Part shown: positions 1 through 6,040 of the stretch, in pieces | Layout: the number at the start of each line of letters is the position of its first letter | Numbering within the stretch: position 1 is the first letter of the stretch | Source of the DNA: Candidatus Bathyarchaeia archaeon | GTDB lineage: Archaea; Thermoproteota; Bathyarchaeia; TCS64 | Assembly: GCA_050014495.1 (NCBI GenBank) | Contig: JBEKDF010000058.1 | Coordinates: forward strand, 1-11,824 | Reading direction: 5' to 3' | DNA length: 11,824 bases | Position numbers and translations under genes: made by a program | The notes under the pieces: generated by a model | What the model was told of the DNA's origin: nothing | Seen by the model: the letters and a program-made list of their open reading frames with translations, nothing else | The model's database searches: none

Positions 1-219
1 ATGTTCACTTAGTCTCTTTACCTGTATGTATCTCTGGCTTTGTTGGCTGAAACTCGCCATTCTATGGCGTACCAGTTGATGGCTGCAAGCTCTGCTTATT
101 CCCTCGATGGCATATGTGAAGGAGAGATGGCCAAGAAATTCTGTTTCGGGGATCTCCGACGCGGGGAGTGTGGCAAGAAGTTCCTTGCTCGAGGTGTGTG
201 CCAAGAGTTCTATTTTCAA
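1..219 (-). CDS. thyX: FAD-dependent thymidylate synthase ThyX, 5' part (continues beyond window start)
   Basis: Manual translation from TTG at 219: [73 protein letters not shown]. Contains the ThyX motif RHR-x7-S followed by QRY. Start overlaps the upstream TGA (TTGA). Absent from the ORF track because it has no stop in the window. Confidence 0.93.
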   Translation of the reverse strand, partial: MKIELLAHTSSKELLATLPASEIPETEFLGHLSFTYAIEGISRACSHQLVRHRMASFSQQSQRYIQVKRLSEH

Positions 220-626
220 TATGTGTGCTTCCCAAATGCATAGACGGACGGAGCCACATTTTTTATTGACTCTAAGAGAAGCTTTGAGAAATCATTTTTT
301 TCTGTTTGACACTCGAGAACGGTTCGAAGATTTGCGCTCATGAGCCACTCATTGGATACTAGTCTTGTAAGAGTGAAAAATTTGTTCGCGAGTAGTATTT
401 TTAGAACCTCACTCTCCCCTGCCTCGAGCAGCCAGTCAAGCCTATTATGTTCCAATATGCTCCCATGTTGCACCTCGAGCCTCCCTACGATCTCCGCTAC
501 CTTCGCTTGCTTAATTGAGAGTCCTTGGAAGAGACTAATAGGTGACGCACCGCTGGTCGTAGTTAGCATCGCAGTCGCGATGAGAGTTTCTATGGCGGGG
601 GTCGATGCAAGGAGCCTGAGTTTCAA
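216..626 (-). CDS. ThyX-like short paralog lacking the RHR-x7-S catalytic motif
   Basis: 136 aa with ThyX-type N-terminus ([10 protein letters not shown]), H-x-S-x-x-EH motif (QHGSILEH) and C-terminal elements ([14 protein letters not shown]). No RHR motif. Translationally coupled to thyX. Confidence 0.75.
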   Translation of the reverse strand: MKLRLLASTPAIETLIATAMLTTTSGASPISLFQGLSIKQAKVAEIVGRLEVQHGSILEHNRLDWLLEAGESEVLKILLANKFFTLTRLVSNEWLMSANLRTVLECQTEKNDFSKLLLESIKNVAPSVYAFGKHTY

Positions 627-630
627 AGAG

Positions 631-891
631 TTACACCGGGGGCATACTACTCTTCTTCGGTTTCGCTTTCACTTCGACTGGAATGTCAATCGCTCTTACA
701 ACGTTCATGGAGTTGATGAGGTAAATAGGAGTTCCATCTGGCTCGAATTGGTTTAGCCTTTTAACCCCCCTTACTATTAGTTTGACCTTTAATTTGGTCC
801 CGTCGCTGAGTTGATAGAGGTTCCAATGCTCCTCGATCTCTGTGAAGTCTAAATCAATGCTCTCGTCTAGAGCCTCGGGTGGTATAGCCAT
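631..891 (-). CDS. Small hypothetical protein (likely ATG start at 891; TTG at 903 is an alternative)
   Basis: Fills the thiI/ThyX-like gap co-directionally with 4-40 bp spacers. Globular beta-rich sequence (EEHWNLYQLSDGTKLKVKL...DGTPIY). No function assignable. Confidence 0.8.
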   Translation of the reverse strand: MAIPPEALDESIDLDFTEIEEHWNLYQLSDGTKLKVKLIVRGVKRLNQFEPDGTPIYLINSMNVVRAIDIPVEVKAKPKKSSMPPV

Positions 892-931
892 GATTGTACC
901 CAACCAGATAATAGGCGTCTGTAATTTATCT

Positions 932-2092
932 TTAGCCCGAGGAGAGGCGCTTTATCTTCTTGGCGACCTCAAAGCAGAGGTCAACCAATTCTAGTTTCGC
1001 TTCTAACTCTTCTATTTTCATTATTCTGCTTGTAGTGGCTGGGGTAGAGGGTACAACTTTACAGCCTTCTACCTTGCGTGCAGTTAATGAGTATGTACCT
1101 ATGATTCTTGCCCTATCTTCTATTTCGACCTTATCTAGCCCGATCAAGGGGCGTAGTACGGGTATATTGACCGCTGAGTCGAGGACATATAGGTTGTCAA
1201 GGGTCTGGCTCGCTACCTGCCCCATGCTTTCACCTGTCACAATGGCCTTAGCTCTTTTGAATTTGCAGAACTCCTCAGCTATTCGATACATCGATCGTTT
1301 ACAGAGGACACAAGTGAATCTGGGTTCGGGTGACTTGAGTATCATCTCCATTACAGGGCCCATAGGAGCGGAGTAGAGAGTAAAGCCCTCAGATGGAGCG
1401 TACTTTGAGATTGCTGCAAATGCTTCCTCGGCTCGTTTGATGTAGCTCTCACCCACATATGGTGTCTGATCCATGAAAAGGGGGAGGGTCTCAACGCCTC
1501 GTTTCATTATCAACCATGTTGCGACTGGGCTGTCGATGCCACCGCTAAAGAGGGCTATGGCTCGTCCCTGAGAGGCATATGGTAGACCACCCACACCATC
1601 AATCTTGTTTGTGTATGCATAAGCCTCCTTATCCCTCACCTCTATACCAACTGTGACATCAGGAGTGGTCAGGTTCACTTTGACCCCTTTTGTTTTGTTA
1701 GCCTCATTTATAGCTGCCCCTGCTTTCACTGCGATGTCATGGCTACGGTATGACTGATCACCAACAACTTTTGGCCTGACTGCGAAGGTCGAGTTGAGCT
1801 TCAACGTTGTGCTTGCTACCCTTACAGCCAACTCGAGCACGTCACTGATGTCAGAACTTGAATCCTCAGCGGGAATTGCATGGACGACCCCAAATACGTT
1901 AGCCACAACTTTGGCTGCCTCAGCGGGTGCACCCTTGATTATTATTCTGCCGAACTGTCTCTTAGCTCTGGCCTCGCTATAGCCATTTCTTCTCAGGACA
2001 TACTCAATTTGGGCCACTAGCCTACGTTCGAGAGCTGCGCGAACATATCTACTCTTTAGCGCTATCTCATTGTAGGCGACAAGGATCGGCAT
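932..2092 (-). CDS. thiI: tRNA 4-thiouridine synthase ThiI/TtuI (THUMP + PP-loop, Fe-S-type, no rhodanese domain)
   Basis: N-terminal YNEIALKS, THUMP domain, GVGGLP, PP-loop SGGIDS, CxxC (CVLC), TGESMGQVASQTLDNL, RPLIGLDK and a distal Cys (EGC). Confidence 0.96.
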   Translation of the reverse strand: MPILVAYNEIALKSRYVRAALERRLVAQIEYVLRRNGYSEARAKRQFGRIIIKGAPAEAAKVVANVFGVVHAIPAEDSSSDISDVLELAVRVASTTLKLNSTFAVRPKVVGDQSYRSHDIAVKAGAAINEANKTKGVKVNLTTPDVTVGIEVRDKEAYAYTNKIDGVGGLPYASQGRAIALFSGGIDSPVATWLIMKRGVETLPLFMDQTPYVGESYIKRAEEAFAAISKYAPSEGFTLYSAPMGPVMEMILKSPEPRFTCVLCKRSMYRIAEEFCKFKRAKAIVTGESMGQVASQTLDNLYVLDSAVNIPVLRPLIGLDKVEIEDRARIIGTYSLTARKVEGCKVVPSTPATTSRIMKIEELEAKLELVDLCFEVAKKIKRLSSG

Positions 2093-2119
2093 ACAAGTTT
2101 GCTTTACACTGTTGAGTCT

Positions 2120-2147
2120 CTTAAGGTACTCGGGATACCCTTAAAAT
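2120..2147. promoter_or_regulatory. Back-to-back TATA-like boxes of the divergent thiI/hsp20 promoters
   Basis: TTAAGG (2121-2126) and CCTTAA (2139-2144) form an inverted pair. The minus-strand box is ~28 bp from the thiI ATG (leaderless spacing). The plus-strand CTTAAAA is ~35 bp from the hsp20 TTG. Confidence 0.5.
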
Positions 2148-2181
2148 GAGAGCATCTTCACAATCTACACGGTGCAACGTT

Positions 2182-2775
2182 TTGTCGTTCTGGGAGGAGT
2201 GGGATAAACGAAGGAAGCGGGGAACACCCTTCTTCTTCCCCGACCTTGAGAGGATGATAGAAGAGATGGAGAAGGAAATGGCTGACTTCTTCAAAGAATT
2301 AGAAGCCGAGGTACCAGAGGATCTCGCGCAGGAGCATGTCCTCCCCGATGGATCCGTGAGGAAGGAGTATGGCCCATTCGTCTATGGATACTCAGTCAAA
2401 GTTGGACCCGATGGAAAGCCTATCGTCCGCGAGTTCGGGAATATGAAGCCAAACCCAACATTAGGGGAAGATAAGAAACCACTGTCCCTACAGGAGGCAA
2501 GGGAGCCACTGGTTGACGTCATACAAGAGCCAGATCAGGTCAAAATAATTACTGAGCTCCCAGGCGTCGAGAAAGAAGACATCCAACTTTTCGCCACAGA
2601 GAGGTTACTCACTATAGATGTTACAAATCCTGAGCATAGATACCATAAGGAGCTTGAGTTGCCCTTCGACGTGAATGAAGAATCTGCCACAAGCACTTAC
2701 CGAAACGGTGTCCTTGAGACGATTATCAAGAGAAAGCTGGATAGAGGTTCTGGACGAAGTATCGCGGTTCAGTGA
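2182..2775 (+). CDS. hsp20: Archaeal small heat shock protein Hsp20 (alpha-crystallin domain)
   Basis: GPFVYGYSVKVGPDGKPIVREFGN, EPLVDV, ELPGVEKEDI, YRNGVLE and C-terminal IxV. The start is probably TTG at 2182 (GGTG at 2171-2174) rather than ATG at 2146, which sits in the TATA region. Confidence 0.94.
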   Translation: MSFWEEWDKRRKRGTPFFFPDLERMIEEMEKEMADFFKELEAEVPEDLAQEHVLPDGSVRKEYGPFVYGYSVKVGPDGKPIVREFGNMKPNPTLGEDKKPLSLQEAREPLVDVIQEPDQVKIITELPGVEKEDIQLFATERLLTIDVTNPEHRYHKELELPFDVNEESATSTYRNGVLETIIKRKLDRGSGRSIAVQ

Positions 2776-2820
2776 TCAACTAAGCAACTCCATAACATGC
2801 GTGCACATATAAGTAATTAT

Positions 2821-3633
2821 TGTTTTGTGGAGTATCAGTAAAACTTATAGATCAAACAGGGCACATTTCTAACCAATGGACTGGAAAGAGACCGATCAAA
2901 GGCTCATCCGGCGAGGAGAACTAATACTAGAAACACAATCACTGAAAAACCACGGAAAAGAACTCAAAAAGATGAACGAAGGCAGACCAGGACCCAGATA
3001 CAAACTCGCCAACAGCTACGTAGAGCTCCTAGCAGCAGTAAGATACCTCTACCAAATGCCCCACCGCCAACTCGAAGGCTTCACCAGAACACTCCACACA
3101 CTCGTCCCAGACCTACCACAGGCGACTACTCAGGACTCAGGAAACGCATCCTCCGACTCAACACAGACCCCTACGGGAGCCTCAGGGAATCCACCGAACC
3201 CGTCACAATCGCCGTCGACTCCAACGGAGTCAAGGTCCACAAGGCCGGGGGATGGGTGGAGCGGGTGCACGGGAAGAAGAGCCGCTACGTGAAGCTTCAC
3301 TTCGCCGTCCGCATCGACACCCATGAGGTGGTGGCGATGGAGGTCAGCACAGACGACACCCGCGCGCGCATGCGTCGGGCGGTGGAGCTGGTTAAGCGTC
3401 TCGGCTACGATGGGTGGGCTAGGCTCTCTGGTTATGGGCGGCGGTGGGCCGTGGAGACGGCTTATTCGACGTTCAAGCGGGTTTTCGGTGAGGGGTGTAT
3501 GGCGAAGACGCTGGGGAACATCGCGAGGGAGCTGGTTGGTAAGGTGGCGTTGGATAATGTGTTGATTAATGGGTGAGTGGGCTGTGGGTTTGTTGATCGG
3601 TGTTCTAACCGCTACTTGATAGTCCACGAAGCA
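2821..3633 (+). mobile_element. Defective IS5-family insertion sequence (ISH1-like group), 813 bp
   Basis: TIRs TGTTTTGTGGAGTATCA (2821-2837) and TGATAGTCCACGAAGCA (3617-3633) match at 14/17. 8-bp target duplication GTAATTAT at 2813-2820 and 3634-3641. Internal transposase remnant. Confidence 0.92.
2876..3576 (+). pseudogene. IS5-family DDE transposase pseudogene
   Basis: N-terminus MDWKETDQRLIRRGEL...RQLEGF. Frameshift at ~3119-3121, after which the frame reads GDYSGLRKRI...IAVDSNGVK...YVKLHFAV. The second-Asp (DGAYD-type) region is missing at ~3360. C-terminal GYGRRWAVETAYSTFKR is the Y-x2-R-x3-E-x6-K signature. Confidence 0.9.
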
Positions 3634-3640
3634 GTAATTA

Positions 3641-3700
3641 TTATAAATATTGTATATATTTATAAGTCACTGTTATAACAAAAATAGGTAGGTCGGTAGT
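3641..3700 (+). promoter_or_regulatory. Promoter/leader of the short Zn-ribbon-NuoE(N) gene
   Basis: Perfect inverted repeat TTATAAATAT-N5-ATATTTATAA (3641-3665) containing TTTATAA; palindrome TGTTATAACA (3671-3680); AGGTAGGTCGGTAGT (3686-3700) directly before the ATG. Confidence 0.6.
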
Positions 3701-4090
3701 ATGAGGCTAGAATGTGGTCACTGTAGCTACACTTGGGATTACAAAGGTAACCATAACTTTTGGGCTACTTGCCCTCAGTGCCGATACAAAGTTAGGATTA
3801 TCCAAAAACCAATGATAAAATCAGAGGAAAACTGGGAACCCAACGTTGAGGAAACCAATGATAAACGTGTGGTAGATGTAGTTTGGAAACTGCTACAAAA
3901 ATACAGCAACGATAAAAAATCCATCACGCAAATCTTAGCAGAGATCCAGGAAACTTACGGTTGGCTTCCACAGGAGATGATATTGGAGGTCAGCAAGCAG
4001 CTAGAGGTACCCTATGGACAGGTCTATCAGATTGCCATATTTTTGAGGGGGGAAAATAGATCAGAGGCACTGAAATCTAGTGTAAATTAG
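3701..4090 (+). CDS. Zn-ribbon (CxxC...CPxC) fused to the N-terminal helical domain of NuoE/HydC; no [2Fe-2S] domain
   Basis: CGHCSYTWDYKG...ATCPQCRYKV, a linker, then ILAEIQETYGWLPQE...LEVPYGQVYQIAIF. Paralog of 5407..6030, ending where the thioredoxin-like domain would begin. Confidence 0.85.
   Translation: MRLECGHCSYTWDYKGNHNFWATCPQCRYKVRIIQKPMIKSEENWEPNVEETNDKRVVDVVWKLLQKYSNDKKSITQILAEIQETYGWLPQEMILEVSKQLEVPYGQVYQIAIFLRGENRSEALKSSVN
3955..4030 (+). repeat. 76-bp direct repeat, copy 1 (copy 2 at 5667-5742)
   Basis: 74/76 identical; differences are 4003A/5715G and 4007G/5719A. Confidence 0.97.
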
Positions 4091-4287
4091 AAATATATTG
4101 GAGGAACGCGTGAGAAGCACGAGACTGCGGATACCTTTTAGCTTATAATGAGCAGAGTTTTAAGTATGCGCGCGCGCGTGGTAGAAAGTGAAACACTTCT
4201 GAATTGAAAAATTGTTATGGGGTGAGATCCCGCGCCATAATTTTGAGCACGCACTTACATGACCAAAAATTGTTCCTAATGAAATTT

Positions 4288-5310
4288 TTATTCTATAGTT
4301 CTTTTGTAGGCTCTGTCTATAGTTATCTCAGCGATGTCTGATACGTATTGACTTATACGTTTGATGTTCTCTTTGATGAAACTAAAATCGCTCAACGAAG
4401 TGCTTTTGTATCCGTCCACTATGGGCATCTTAATTAAATCATTGCAGAGATTATTGACAATCACTTCACGGTCAATTATCTCATTTGTAGAATCAATATT
4501 AGATGATAAAAAAGATCGGACAGCGAGATCATATGAAGCGAGAGTCATCTCTGCTGCCTTAATTAGGTTCTCCGACACGTTTATAGTTAGTTTTTCCTCA
4601 ACAGGGGTTAATCTCGCTATGATTTTCGCAATTGCGGATATATGGTCCGCTATCCTTTCGATGCTCTGAACAAGGTTCTGATAATCTAGACAGTCGAGTG
4701 GATCTAGTCTCAAGTGATTACCTAAAGAAAGATTCTGCGCACAGCTCCTGATTAGCCTCAGTAAAAAGAACATAAGTTGATCAACGTCATTCTCCAAGGG
4801 TAAGACGGATTCAGCAAGGACTTTATCTCCTACTATAAGAGCATTAATAGTGTCTCTAAACATAGAGTATGTAATGAGGTGAATTCTTTCTACACTGGAT
4901 GAAATTGAGGCCCTATCTTCATCAATTAAAGTCTCGAGTGTTATGCTGTTCGCATCAGATTTGATTATCATCATATAAAGGATATTCGATATTTGTCGAA
5001 TAGCTGCCTGCTGGTTGATGGTGAAGATTTTTTCGGATATGAGATTAATTAAGGTGTGTCCATCCATGTAAGCTCCGATTATTTTTCGCGTAATTGAAGC
5101 ATCTTTTTCATTTGTACTGATCGTTAGGGAAATGCTTCTCACATCATTCGTCATGTTTTTTGTGGGGTAAACGAAGAGTGTTCCATTGGACAAGGGTTGT
5201 AAGGAGAGCCAATCTCCTTGAGAAATATTGTTGCTTCTCAGCCAGTCCTTTGGTAAGGATACTACGAGCGATGACTGACCAAGAGCTACAATTTTACGCT
5301 GCTCCATCAT
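4288..5310 (-). CDS. phoU: Archaeal AbrB/SpoVT-PhoU family regulator
   Basis: N-terminal AbrB-like RKIVALGQSSLVVSLPKDW...ISQGD; middle RKIIGAYMDG; PhoU repeats (LENDVDQL, IERIADH, IKRISQYVSDIAE). Confidence 0.92.
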   Translation of the reverse strand: MMEQRKIVALGQSSLVVSLPKDWLRSNNISQGDWLSLQPLSNGTLFVYPTKNMTNDVRSISLTISTNEKDASITRKIIGAYMDGHTLINLISEKIFTINQQAAIRQISNILYMMIIKSDANSITLETLIDEDRASISSSVERIHLITYSMFRDTINALIVGDKVLAESVLPLENDVDQLMFFLLRLIRSCAQNLSLGNHLRLDPLDCLDYQNLVQSIERIADHISAIAKIIARLTPVEEKLTINVSENLIKAAEMTLASYDLAVRSFLSSNIDSTNEIIDREVIVNNLCNDLIKMPIVDGYKSTSLSDFSFIKENIKRISQYVSDIAEITIDRAYKRTIE

Positions 5311-5406
5311 GGTTGTATATGTACATATATATTCATTATAATGGTATTTCTGAAAAGTATATATTTTAATTTCGTAATGACTTAAAATCAGGAGGTAGGT
5401 AGGTAG
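5311..5406. promoter_or_regulatory. Divergent phoU / hydC-like promoter region with AT-rich palindromes
   Basis: Palindromes TATATGTACATATA (5316-5329) and CATTATAATG (5334-5343); BRE/TATA-like GAAAAGTATATATTT (5352-5366); GGAGGTAGGTAGGTAG before the TTG. Confidence 0.6.
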
Positions 5407-6030
5407 TTGTTACTTGAGTGTCAACACTGTGGATACATGTGGGACTATAGCGGAGAAAACAGGTTCTACGCAACTTGCCCCCAATGTAGATACAAAGTAA
5501 AGTTATCTGAAGAGGTTAGCGCGACCCCCAGATCCATTAATTCGACACCTCCGAGTGGAGGACAGAATAATCTTAAAGGGGTTGGAAAGATCGTAAGGAG
5601 AATCCTTAGCAAGTATGGGTTTGAGAAGAGATCCCTGATTCAAATCCTGCTCAATATTCAACATGATTACGGTTGGCTTCCACAGGAGATGATATTGGAG
5701 GTCAGCAAGCAGCTGGAGATACCCTATGGACAGGTCTATCAGGTAGCGACTTTCTACAAAGCATTCTCGACCTCGCCCAGGGGAAGACACCACATCAGAG
5801 TATGTAATGGTACAAGCTGCAATGTCCGAGGTTCACAGGCTGTAATTGAGGGACTGGAGAGGAGACTCGGGATAGGTGCCCTAGAGACAACTGTTGATGG
5901 AAGATTTAGCCTCGAGACCGTGAACTGCGTGGGATGCTGTGCGATGGGGCCTATGGTAGCCATAGATGGGGAATACTTCGGTAAAATGGATGTTAAGGGC
6001 CTGGATACTGTCCTGGAGAAGTTTAAGTGA
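5407..6030 (+). CDS. nuoE: HydC/NuoE-like [2Fe-2S] subunit with an extra N-terminal Zn ribbon
   Basis: CQHC...CPQC N-terminal ribbon; helical domain (GWLPQE...VYQVATFY); CNGTSC...CVGCC [2Fe-2S] motif. Confidence 0.93.
   Translation: MLLECQHCGYMWDYSGENRFYATCPQCRYKVKLSEEVSATPRSINSTPPSGGQNNLKGVGKIVRRILSKYGFEKRSLIQILLNIQHDYGWLPQEMILEVSKQLEIPYGQVYQVATFYKAFSTSPRGRHHIRVCNGTSCNVRGSQAVIEGLERRLGIGALETTVDGRFSLETVNCVGCCAMGPMVAIDGEYFGKMDVKGLDTVLEKFK
5667..5742 (+). repeat. 76-bp direct repeat, copy 2
   Basis: 74/76 identity to 3955-4030. Confidence 0.97.
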
Positions 6031-6040
6031 GGAATAGTTT

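Noticed and set aside
40..756. ORFs 40..243, 62..259, 107..343 and 340..756
   Set aside because: Shadow frames of the thyX, ThyX-like and hypothetical genes, which carry the recognisable motifs.
960..1982. Plus-strand ORFs 960..1376 and 1794..1982
   Set aside because: Antisense to thiI with no motifs.
2146..2181. ATG at 2146 as the hsp20 start
   Set aside because: It lies at the edge of the TATA-like box. TTG at 2182 has an SD-like GGTG and gives a typical N-terminus.
3110..3125. Programmed frameshift in the transposase
   Set aside because: No slippery sequence at the shift, and the gene also lacks its central catalytic region, so decay is more likely.
3130..3627. ORFs 3130..3627 (-) and 3323..3565 (+)
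   Set aside because: Alternative frames of the GC-rich transposase remnant.
3955..5742. 76-bp repeat pair as a diversity-generating retroelement TR/VR
   Set aside because: Only two mismatches, one A-to-G in each direction; both copies are in-frame coding; no reverse transcriptase in the window.
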